Source: an uncultured Fibrobacterales bacterium
Lineage (GTDB): Bacteria > Fibrobacterota > Fibrobacteria > Fibrobacterales > CAWVXU01
Direction of reading: 5' to 3'
Length of the DNA stretch: 14,166 nt
Assembly (NCBI GenBank): GCA_963934255.1
Contig: CAWVXU010000068.1
Span: 1-14,166 of the forward strand
The notes beneath the pieces are model-generated. The model was not told the DNA's origin. It saw only the letters and a list, made by a program, of their open reading frames with translations, and made no database searches. Position 1 is the first letter of the stretch; each line of letters starts with the position of its first letter. Position numbers and translations under genes: made by a program. Shown piece after piece: positions 1-8,533 of the stretch.

Positions 1-74
1 CACCTAGTCCTATTAGATATATCGTCCTCTATTTGAAATTTCTTAAGAGATTTCTTTACTTTTTTTGTTTCTGC

Positions 75-104
75 AAAAAAGCCCCATCCAAAGGATACTT
101 GGAT
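75..104 (-). terminator. Possible weak intrinsic terminator after the chitinase gene
   Basis: Inverted repeat atccaa (86-91) / ttggat (99-104). On the minus strand it is followed by GGGGC and a T6 run, just after the stop codon at 108. The stem is short and offset from the U-tract. Confidence 0.3.
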
Positions 105-107
105 TGA

Positions 108-1556
108 TTATTTTATTGTTAATATCTTGCTATAAGTCTGACTGGGTTGGTGAAGACTTTGTACCCTGAGGAAATAGCTGCCTGCCGGGTAATATTTTAA
201 ATCAATTTGACCATTTCCGTCTACTTCTCTGGATAGAACTCGGTTACCTAAAATTGTCGAAATCTCCACGATCATAGCATTCATTTGACCTTGATTGATC
301 ATCAAGATTTTATCGATCAATCGAGCTTGGATTGCTTGTATATCATTAGTTTCGGATAATCCTGATGTAATTTCACATTTACCACTCTCCACCCATTGCC
401 CCCAAAGGTTGGTTTCAGGGCTAAAGCCATTGCACCAGTTTTCAGAATATTTGAGACACTCGTATGCTGTTATCCCGTCACTCGTGACTCGACTTGATTT
501 ACAGGTGTACTCTAATCCATCCCACTCACAAAGTGCTTCAACCCAGTAATCACAATCCGTATTATTCACTATTTGAGAGGATAAGCTCGCTTCTTCAGAA
601 GATGAACTCGGCTGCCACTGAGAAGAGGTTGTCGGCGATGAAACCGCTTGAGATGATATGGCTGTTGAACTCCCACCTTGAATAATATTAGTTTCGACGT
701 TATGTCCTGTCCAAACTTTACTATTAAAATTCTCTTGATTGGTACAATAATAATAATCAGCATCACTTCCAGAATAACTAGACGGCTTGGCCGCTACTCC
801 TAAATCACTTGCAAACTTCTTAAAGAAATTGACTCGGTCATTTTGTGATGTCAAGCTACCACCAGCACCACATTCAATACCACCATTAATTGCATTAGTC
901 ACACCACTATAGGACCCTGCTCGATCGTCACCGCTGGCTGATCCTGTAAAAATAGCATGAGGCGAAGGTCGTGAATCCGTTGCATCCATCCAATACCAAA
1001 TTGCAGCTCTAAATGCCCATGTTGATGTTTTCACTAAGCCTGGTTCGGAAAGAAAAAGGTCTTTGTTATTAGTCATATCCTCAGACGCCTTGCCATAATT
1101 ATGATTCCAGGAAAGTTGCATTGCTCCGCGGCCGTGATAGGATTGTCCGCTAACAGGAGGGAAACCTAAATTTGATGCCGTGTAGTTTGTACAACCATTT
1201 GTACAGCCCACTTCTTCAGTAAAACAAAGACCATAGTTAAAACAATCAGCAGATGGGTTGCTCGTTCCACCACACCATTCACCACCGCCACCAGTTGTTT
1301 CATGGGATGTTTGACCTAAAAAGGCCGCAAGCTCTCGTTTATCGTTGGTCGCATTTCCACTATTAGCAAAATCCGGAAACCAGCTGGCCGCTTCGATAAG
1401 GGCAGCGTGAGTGTATACATTTGATGCGTTACTAGTCCCACAAGATCCGACACTGCGGTTAGGAAACATTGAATTAAATTGAGTAGAAGATATTAAGCCC
1501 TCAATACCTGCAAACGACATAGAGGCTACTAATAGTAACCCAATTAACTTTTTCAT
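108..1556 (-). CDS. Secreted GH19 chitinase with Ser-rich linker, Cys/Trp-rich putative chitin-binding module and T9SS-like C-terminal sorting domain
   Basis: GH19 motifs KRELAAFLGQTSHETTGG (catalytic Glu), YGLCFTEE, YHGRGAMQLSWNHNYG, AFRAAIWYW and TNAINGGIEC. Signal peptide MKKLIGLLLVASMSFA. ATG at 1556 is preferred over TTG at 1562 (AAAGG upstream). Tail is ISTILGNRV...IDLKYYPAGSYFLRV...KILTIK. Confidence 0.92.
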   Translation of the reverse strand: MKKLIGLLLVASMSFAGIEGLISSTQFNSMFPNRSVGSCGTSNASNVYTHAALIEAASWFPDFANSGNATNDKRELAAFLGQTSHETTGGGGEWCGGTSNPSADCFNYGLCFTEEVGCTNGCTNYTASNLGFPPVSGQSYHGRGAMQLSWNHNYGKASEDMTNNKDLFLSEPGLVKTSTWAFRAAIWYWMDATDSRPSPHAIFTGSASGDDRAGSYSGVTNAINGGIECGAGGSLTSQNDRVNFFKKFASDLGVAAKPSSYSGSDADYYYCTNQENFNSKVWTGHNVETNIIQGGSSTAISSQAVSSPTTSSQWQPSSSSEEASLSSQIVNNTDCDYWVEALCEWDGLEYTCKSSRVTSDGITAYECLKYSENWCNGFSPETNLWGQWVESGKCEITSGLSETNDIQAIQARLIDKILMINQGQMNAMIVEISTILGNRVLSREVDGNGQIDLKYYPAGSYFLRVQSLHQPSQTYSKILTIK

Positions 1557-1829
1557 ACTCAACCTTTAGATTATAACTTCACTTCTAAGTATACGGCGCT
1601 TGAAATTACACCTTTGCATAAGATATACTCTTGCTTTGATCTCAAGAAATATTTCGGTGACTATTTTCCCAATACCCGATATTTCAGGCTCTTAGTGGAC
1701 CAAAAAAGGCCCAGAATGATTAAACACTTTTTAAATACTTTTTGGCTATGAACTAAAAATTCACTTGCTTTTCCACCCTCTTCACTCTAAACTTAACCCA
1801 CCATCATTTACTTTCTGACATGAGCTATT

Positions 1830-3764
1830 ATGAAATTACTTTTCAAACTTCTTCCTATTGCCTTGATTTTGTCCCATCTAGCCTTTGCAGCTAGCTATAC
1901 TGTGTCTGATGGGACTTTTACAGATTCACAAGGTCAGACCGCCAAATACCGTATTGGTATTCCAGATAATTACGTCCCAGGTGCCAAAGGCGAAGTATTA
2001 ATCAATCTGCATGGGAATAATACTGGAACTCAAGATGACATGCTAAACATGTGGTATGCTACAACTGAGAGGCGAGCTGATGTCCTCGGATTGATTCCCA
2101 TCGTTATTGCTTCACCTGGTACTCGCAATGATGGTATCACTAGGCAATGGAGTGAAGCCAAGGATCCCCAGATGCTAGATGAACTCCTGCAGTCTCATTT
2201 TCAGAGTAAAATAACCGTTGATTTCAACCGCGTTTTCCTATGGGGTGCCTCTCAAGGTACTTGTTTTATTAATTCATTCCTGTTAGCCAAGTCAGATAAT
2301 TATTTAGGTGGTGCTTTAGGCTATTGTGGATGCTTCAATTATCTGGCTAATGATTTTACACCGAGTCAATCTTTTATGGATAACTATCGCTTCTACATTC
2401 TTTCAACCACAGAGGATTTCCTTTACGATGGTGCCGTTAATGGTTATCAATTTTATCGCTGGACAGCAGGAGTTAAGAATATTCGTGGTGACTTAGATCG
2501 TTCAGGTAATCACTGTACTGCTCCAGAGAGTGCAATTGACTCTGCTTTGGCTTGGATAGTTGGTGACATCAATACCCCTGAGACTCAAGACGAAGTTCAT
2601 TGGCAAAGAATTGCTACGATCGACACAGTAAAAGGCCTCACTATTTCAACTTTAAATAAATTAATTGTCGGTAGCTACAATGGTAACAATGGCAAGGTCA
2701 GTATTTCAGATGACCAAGGTGATTCATGGACTACCGCTCTTGATATAGTTGGTGAAGCCCTGACATCAGTTGTGGCCTCAGATGATGATGGTTTTGCTGT
2801 CCTTACCGGAAGTAACTACTACCGCTATGACAAAAACTACCAGCTAGTTGACCAAGCGACTGAAGATTTTACTTCCTTCCTTCGAGATGGAATGGATAAC
2901 TTATACAAACTCGGCGGAAACTCTAGTATGGAAGTTTCTATTGATAATGGAATCAACTGGACGGCCAGTGGTTTTGGCTCGGCAGAACGAGCAAGTGTGG
3001 GTCAAAACTTTATTGACATGGGAAGTTCTCAAATACTCGCATCAGGTTCATGGAGAAGTTACTCACTCACTAACAAGGCTGGGGCTGATGCAATTATTTC
3101 ACTTCCTACTCAAAACTTAAGCTACTTAAATTTTTCTAAACACGATGGTAAATTATTACTCTATGGTTGGGACTACAATGACAACTGGAAACCTTATGCT
3201 TGGACATCTTCTGATCAAGGAGTAACTTGGACCCCTGTGATTCTTCCTACTGGTTTTGACATTGGCTATTCAGGCTATGGTGTGGGATTCTATCACGATG
3301 GTAGTTTGGTTTACTATGGTAGTAACGAGACGATGCTCAGTTCGGATAATGGTGCGACTTGGACTTCAGAAGTCAACTTAGGCTATCACTCGGACCCATT
3401 CTTCACCAAAGATAAGGATCAGATTGTCTATACATCTAATGGCGTTGGCATCTTTAGAAAACAAACTTGGCTCACCTCTGCTGCACGACCAACTCATACA
3501 GATGGTGATACAAAAACAAGTCTTATCCTCTCACAAAACCTAGACAAAAATCTTGACTATCAACGCTTTGGAAACCTTCTCATCATCAGAAGTGATTCTC
3601 GTGTTGAGATTAACAGCCTCAATCTCAATGGTCAAAGCCAATCACTCTACCAAGGCAACCCACAAGGCAAAGCTTTAGTTGATTTAAGTGATGTACCTCG
3701 TGGTCATTTAATTCAAATTAAAAGTCTCTCTGCTCAAAATTATCAGACACAATTTTTGAGATAA
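1830..3764 (+). CDS. Secreted alpha/beta-hydrolase (esterase-like) fused to an Asp-box/BNR-repeat beta-propeller and a putative C-terminal sorting domain
   Basis: Signal peptide ending AFA; oxyanion motif LINLHG; nucleophile elbow WGASQG (GxSxG); candidate Asp (TTEDF) and His (SGNHC). Four Asp-boxes: SDDQGDSW, SIDNGINW, SSDQGVTW, SSDNGATW. Tail is LNLNGQ...VDLSDVPRGHLIQIK. Confidence 0.75.
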   Translation: MKLLFKLLPIALILSHLAFAASYTVSDGTFTDSQGQTAKYRIGIPDNYVPGAKGEVLINLHGNNTGTQDDMLNMWYATTERRADVLGLIPIVIASPGTRNDGITRQWSEAKDPQMLDELLQSHFQSKITVDFNRVFLWGASQGTCFINSFLLAKSDNYLGGALGYCGCFNYLANDFTPSQSFMDNYRFYILSTTEDFLYDGAVNGYQFYRWTAGVKNIRGDLDRSGNHCTAPESAIDSALAWIVGDINTPETQDEVHWQRIATIDTVKGLTISTLNKLIVGSYNGNNGKVSISDDQGDSWTTALDIVGEALTSVVASDDDGFAVLTGSNYYRYDKNYQLVDQATEDFTSFLRDGMDNLYKLGGNSSMEVSIDNGINWTASGFGSAERASVGQNFIDMGSSQILASGSWRSYSLTNKAGADAIISLPTQNLSYLNFSKHDGKLLLYGWDYNDNWKPYAWTSSDQGVTWTPVILPTGFDIGYSGYGVGFYHDGSLVYYGSNETMLSSDNGATWTSEVNLGYHSDPFFTKDKDQIVYTSNGVGIFRKQTWLTSAARPTHTDGDTKTSLILSQNLDKNLDYQRFGNLLIIRSDSRVEINSLNLNGQSQSLYQGNPQGKALVDLSDVPRGHLIQIKSLSAQNYQTQFLR

Positions 3765-3787
3765 ACTCTGTGATACAGCTTGAGTCA

Positions 3788-4993
3788 TCAAACATGTGAT
3801 TGGGGGTTCCCAATTTTGGCAAAGCCATGTTTGTTTCGTATGACATCTAAGGCTTCTTGGATAGCAATTTGTGAATTGGAACTCGATTGTTCAAATAAAT
3901 CTTCTTGTCCCCCTGAAGACACACAACGAGAAGCGATGGCTTTTAAACTTCGAACAGATACTCGGCGCGAAAGTATTTGAGGAAGGTTGGATTTGACTAG
4001 CGGGCAAAGATCTAAAAACTTATTAGTCATCTTAGGTAGTGGGATATTTTCTTTGTGGCTTTTTTGATCCGCATAAAATACTTCTATCGCTAGATGCTTC
4101 GTCCAATATTTTTGTAGTCGAAGCTCAAATGCCAATTCATCAATCAGATCATTGATGACATCCTCTAGGACTTGTAGATCCTGCAAATCTTGTTCAAATT
4201 CTCGATGGACCTCTACTTTTGAAACTCGAGTATGAGTAGTATCAATCACCTTTTGACCTGAGTCTTTGACTTTACCATAACTTCGTCCTTGGGCCACTAG
4301 CCAGAGAAGCTCACCTTCTTTAGCAAAGTGGTCACGTAAAAACCTCAGAGGAAGCTTTTGAATTTGTCCTAAATTTTTCAATTGATAAGACTTCAACTTT
4401 TCTCTTGCAGTACTGGTAATTCCTAGGACAAGACTCAGTGGGATTTTTTCTAATTCGTGGAGTTCACCTAATGTGAAGTTGAGTGTATTAGGGAAAAAGG
4501 GCGACCCGACCGAACTATAATACCTCGCAAGTAAAACTGCAGCGCCAATTGTCGGTGCAAAAACTACGCGATAATTCAAACGTGGAAAAACTTCAAATAA
4601 CTCCTGGATTTGTGTGGCAAAACCTCGCTCTCCCCCAGGTATCAGTCTTTGCATACCAGAAAGATCTAAGACGAGGTTGCCCTTTTTAATCACCACACAC
4701 CTAGGGGTTAAATTTTCAACTAGCGCTACTATCTGGATCCACAACTTTTGCACACAGTCAGAGTCATAAGCCAAAAACTGAATATTGGGGTGCCGTCTTG
4801 AGGCTCTCCATTCATTGGCTCCACGGTCAAGTCCCATATGACTGGCTTTAGGGCTCAACTGTAGAACCACACTTTTTTGCCCAGCTTGAGCCACGAGTGC
4901 AAAAGCCTTTTTGTATAAACCTGGTTGTTGATGGATATGGGCTTGAACTTCAAACGAGGAAATTGAAAGGGCCGAAAAAAGTGGTTGTACCAT
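3788..4993 (-). CDS. imuB: Catalytically degenerate Y-family (DinB/ImuB-like) DNA polymerase
   Basis: Y-family layout: LSISSFEVQ (for HxDMDAF), GNLVLDLSG (for DEAYLDLT), APT..AA.LA, GI..TAREKLKSYQLKNLGQIQ HhH region, little-finger domain, and C-terminal QEDLF and LDVIRNKHG. Starts 3 nt after the dnaE2 stop. Confidence 0.75.
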   Translation of the reverse strand: MVQPLFSALSISSFEVQAHIHQQPGLYKKAFALVAQAGQKSVVLQLSPKASHMGLDRGANEWRASRRHPNIQFLAYDSDCVQKLWIQIVALVENLTPRCVVIKKGNLVLDLSGMQRLIPGGERGFATQIQELFEVFPRLNYRVVFAPTIGAAVLLARYYSSVGSPFFPNTLNFTLGELHELEKIPLSLVLGITSTAREKLKSYQLKNLGQIQKLPLRFLRDHFAKEGELLWLVAQGRSYGKVKDSGQKVIDTTHTRVSKVEVHREFEQDLQDLQVLEDVINDLIDELAFELRLQKYWTKHLAIEVFYADQKSHKENIPLPKMTNKFLDLCPLVKSNLPQILSRRVSVRSLKAIASRCVSSGGQEDLFEQSSSNSQIAIQEALDVIRNKHGFAKIGNPQSHV

Positions 4994-4996
4994 CCT

Positions 4997-7900
4997 CTAT
5001 GCTCCCTTAGCCAAAGGATAGGCAAGTGCTAAACTACCGAGTACCCCCATTTGATGATTGGCATGAAGAGCTCGTTTCTTCATTTCTACTGAACGTAAGA
5101 AAGAAACTTGACCAGGGTTCCATGCAGCAATCCGAAGTGATTGAACTTCAAAAGTAATCGCCCCATCTTCATAGCGTGGTATCCCCCAAACTTCCATGGG
5201 TGAATTTTCGAGAGTCTGAGTATAACAACGTTCATACACCTTTGGCCATAAAACCAAATCTGCTGTTCCGCTAAGATCTTGCATCGTCACAAATAGCATG
5301 TCAGCTCCACTGCGCTCAACTCGGTGCTTTCTAAATGTCATAGGCGAACCAAACAGCTTCACACTTTGATTGACAAATTCAGATAGATCACTCATCGCCA
5401 CACAATGATCTGCAGCGGGGTGAAGTGCTAGCATTTTCAAGAAATGCCCTGAGGAAATAAATCCCAATATTTCTAATTCTTGATAACACTTATCCGCAAA
5501 AGTTACCTCATCCAAAATAGGGATATTCATAGAGGGTTGTAAATTTAAATGAGTGAGAAAGTCATTATCAACTGAAGATTTAAAGTCAGGTAAATGAGAA
5601 TGGGCGGACTTAAAATAATGCAGCTCCGCCATCAAAGTAGACTGGGACTGAGCAAAACAATCCAAAGCACTCACTCGAATTAAAGCTTGGATTTCTTTGA
5701 CACCCAACATATCGCTTCGCTTTAAAAAGTCAACAAAATGAAGATAGGGACCATGCTTTGAACGTTCTTCTAACATCAGTAAAAGACTCTTAGAACGAAG
5801 ACCCCGTACATGCATCAAACCTACTCGAATCGAACCTTCTCGACCGAGGTATTTATAAACACTCTCTTGCACACAGGGTGGTAGTATCTCTACACCCATG
5901 CGACGAGCCTCATCAACATAAATAGAGGTCCCATAAAAACCATGTTCATTGGAGATCACTGAAGCCATAAACTCTGCGGGATGATGCGCTTTGAGATAGG
6001 CACATTTAAAACTCAGCTGGGCATAACTCATGGAATGACTTTGACAAAACGAAAAGCCTTGAAAGCTGGCAACCCTCTTCCAAAGCTCAGCTGCCTCTAC
6101 TTGAGTAAAGTTTTTATGATGCATACAGCCTAATTGGAATTCACTCGCGGTTTGAGCGTAGTTTTGGGGTTCGCCTTCATGCATAGAGTTCATCATCTTA
6201 CGTACTTTGTCAGCTTGAGCAAAACTCAAACCAGCAATTTCTACACAGAGGCGAATCACATCTTCTTGATATACCACCACATCATGGGTCTCCCCTAAGA
6301 TTGAGGAAAGCGAAGGGTGTAAGAAGCTCCAATCTTTTACGCCACGCTTATACTCTCTATGCCTCTCAACAAAAGTCTGTGTAAAAGCTGCACTAGCAGG
6401 GCGTACTAACGATGAGGTAATTCCAATCTCTTCAAAACTCCTGGCGTCGCACTTCTGGTTGAGTCTCATCTGAGCGGGTGATTCCACATAAAAAACACCG
6501 CGGGACTGGGAGGTGGATAGAATCTCTTGCACGCTCTCGTCGTGATAACATTTTTCCAGATCCCAAACTTCAGGATCATCAATGCCTTGTGCTTGGATAT
6601 CTCGGAGTGCATCTCGAAGTACCGATAAAGACCCATTACCTAAGATATCGAACTTGATGAGACCGAGAAAATCAATCCCATTATGCATATCAATTTGTGT
6701 GATTTTTCGATTCTTGACACCCCCGCTATATTGGCAAGAAACATGTCTCACAATAGGTTCATTCGTGATGAGAATTCCCCCACAATGTTGACCCAAAAAT
6801 CTTGGCCTACCCTCAATCTTAGCGGCAAGATCTAAAATTTTAGTCAAACGAAGGTCACCTCTTTGTTTGTCACGACTAGCATCTTTGGCTTCGCTTTTCC
6901 ACTCCTTCATCAGGCGGGTCACTTGCTCATCTGTATAACCAAATACTTTAGCGACTTCCCTAAAAGCCGACTTCCAACGAAATGTATTGGTCGTGCACAT
7001 CATCGCACAACGATCCTCACCGAAATTTTCAATAATATATTCAAGAACCTCATCACGCTCATCCCAACCAAAGTCTAGATCTGCATCTGGAGGAGAAACT
7101 CGATCCTCATTTAAAAATCGCTCAAAGTAAAGGCCGTAGCGAATCGGATCTAAATCAGATGCTCCGAGGTTGTATAAAGTGATACTATTGGCCGCACTCC
7201 CTCTGAGTACAGAACAATCTTTAGGTCTCCTATAAGACTCTTGAAAATGGTCATTAGCCCAATCTCGAATCTGCTTCACCATCAAGAAATACGATGAGTA
7301 CCCTTTACTCATAATGATAGCAAGCTCGCGTTCTTGGATTTCGAGGGCTTGAGGTCGATTCTTCACAGCAAGGTCACGAACTGAGAGGTCTCGCTCTGGT
7401 ATGAGCGACACTTCACTCGGATAGTTTTGCTCCAAACCTGTCATTGCGCATTGACGTAAATATTGACTATCTGTTAATCCATCAGGGACTGCAATCTTAG
7501 GCATCAACCAAGCACTTGAAGTCCAATCATCAACTACGCTACTAGCTATCACTTGAGACACATCCAAAAGATCCGGTTTTCTTATAAAAATTTCATCTAT
7601 TAAATAGGGTTCCTTAAACCAAGCACCAGCAGGCGCCAAGTCACTCGGATTTAATTGTTCAATAGAGGAGTTTAAATCAATCGCGCGCATCACTTGATGC
7701 TCCTCATAATCCGCAGCGCTCATAAAGAAGTGCGGCTGGCTTGCAACACACTCTATGCCGTACTTCGAGGCTCTGCCCATTAACTCCTTTGAAACTCGAC
7801 GACTCTCCTGAGATTGAGAAATAATTTCGGCATAAATGTCTAAATTGATAAAATCATTTGTTTCAGAATCCAAGCCAAACTTCACATCCAAAACTTTGAC

Positions 7901-8392
7901 AGTACCCTTCAGCTTCATCAAATCATCCAATGTCTGCACACTAGAGGTCATCACCACCAAATCCTTAAGCCGATCTAATCGCTTATCGCCTAAATGCCCG
8001 GCCTGCTCTTGAGTCTGACCTTTATCTTGAACCTCTAGCCACTCAACCCAAAGGGTAGCCATGCTAAAATCTTCATCATCTCGATGATTGAGCATATAAA
8101 GACTCGTAATCTCACAAATATCAGCATAAGCAGCGGCATTTCGAGCTAAAATCGTCATGGAATCAAAAGGGCGATGCTCTTGTACTAAGTGAACTCCTAG
8201 GATCGGCTTGATACTCAGCCGCTGACACTCCTCTAAAAACAAAATCAAACCACCTGTGTGATTGATATCCGTCAAAGCGAGAGTCTCAATACGCATAGCA
8301 TGAGCCCGCTGCACCAAATCACTCGGCGAAGCCAACCCCCTGAGTAAGGAAAAATGGGAGTGCGATCTTAAATAGGTAAATTGAGTGCTCAT
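4997..8392 (-). CDS. dnaE2: DNA polymerase III alpha subunit, error-prone DnaE2/ImuC type
   Basis: PHP start SHSHFSLLRG and ALTD; RGSAANS; LYFERFLN.DR.SPPDADLDF (catalytic Asps); GQHCGG; KFDILG; GVFYVESP; VYQE; F.GFSFCQSH; OB fold LFVTMQDLSG. Operonic with an ImuB-like gene and carries a LexA box. Confidence 0.9.
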   Translation of the reverse strand: MSTQFTYLRSHSHFSLLRGLASPSDLVQRAHAMRIETLALTDINHTGGLILFLEECQRLSIKPILGVHLVQEHRPFDSMTILARNAAAYADICEITSLYMLNHRDDEDFSMATLWVEWLEVQDKGQTQEQAGHLGDKRLDRLKDLVVMTSSVQTLDDLMKLKGTVKVLDVKFGLDSETNDFINLDIYAEIISQSQESRRVSKELMGRASKYGIECVASQPHFFMSAADYEEHQVMRAIDLNSSIEQLNPSDLAPAGAWFKEPYLIDEIFIRKPDLLDVSQVIASSVVDDWTSSAWLMPKIAVPDGLTDSQYLRQCAMTGLEQNYPSEVSLIPERDLSVRDLAVKNRPQALEIQERELAIIMSKGYSSYFLMVKQIRDWANDHFQESYRRPKDCSVLRGSAANSITLYNLGASDLDPIRYGLYFERFLNEDRVSPPDADLDFGWDERDEVLEYIIENFGEDRCAMMCTTNTFRWKSAFREVAKVFGYTDEQVTRLMKEWKSEAKDASRDKQRGDLRLTKILDLAAKIEGRPRFLGQHCGGILITNEPIVRHVSCQYSGGVKNRKITQIDMHNGIDFLGLIKFDILGNGSLSVLRDALRDIQAQGIDDPEVWDLEKCYHDESVQEILSTSQSRGVFYVESPAQMRLNQKCDARSFEEIGITSSLVRPASAAFTQTFVERHREYKRGVKDWSFLHPSLSSILGETHDVVVYQEDVIRLCVEIAGLSFAQADKVRKMMNSMHEGEPQNYAQTASEFQLGCMHHKNFTQVEAAELWKRVASFQGFSFCQSHSMSYAQLSFKCAYLKAHHPAEFMASVISNEHGFYGTSIYVDEARRMGVEILPPCVQESVYKYLGREGSIRVGLMHVRGLRSKSLLLMLEERSKHGPYLHFVDFLKRSDMLGVKEIQALIRVSALDCFAQSQSTLMAELHYFKSAHSHLPDFKSSVDNDFLTHLNLQPSMNIPILDEVTFADKCYQELEILGFISSGHFLKMLALHPAADHCVAMSDLSEFVNQSVKLFGSPMTFRKHRVERSGADMLFVTMQDLSGTADLVLWPKVYERCYTQTLENSPMEVWGIPRYEDGAITFEVQSLRIAAWNPGQVSFLRSVEMKKRALHANHQMGVLGSLALAYPLAKGA

Positions 8393-8399
8393 ATGTGCA
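8386..8399. promoter_or_regulatory. LexA (SOS) box, Fibrobacter type, overlapping the dnaE2 start codon
   Basis: TGCTC-ATAT-GTGCA exactly matches the TGCNC-N4-GTGCA consensus I recall for Fibrobacter succinogenes LexA, and lies at the head of a typical SOS mutagenesis operon. Confidence 0.8.
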
Positions 8400-8401
8400 G
8401 T

Positions 8402-8429
8402 AATTTAAATTCAACTATCAAAGAATCAA
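8402..8429 (-). promoter_or_regulatory. Putative sigma70 promoter of dnaE2-imuB
   Basis: Minus strand TTGATT (8429-8424), 16-nt spacer, TAAATT (8407-8402), 9 nt upstream of the ATG. The region is AT-rich, so a chance match is possible. Confidence 0.45.
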
Positions 8430-8460
8430 ATAGTTAAATCAAAATATTTTCAACTAAAAC

Positions 8461-8474
8461 TGCTCTCTAAAGCA
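8461..8474. promoter_or_regulatory. Possible second, degenerate LexA box
   Basis: TGCTC-TCTA-AAGCA, one mismatch to the symmetric TGCNC-N4-GNGCA. Confidence 0.3.
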
Positions 8475-8533
8475 CCATCTTCGAGCAAAACAAGCTATTC
8501 TTAAAAAACTTATAAGACAATTAGGAGAAATAA

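Noticed and set aside
295..7078. Small ORFs 295-549, 494-685, 569-766, 2848-3120, 3780-3980, 6582-6791, 6863-7078
   Set aside because: They overlap well-supported genes, antisense or in another frame, and have no motifs.
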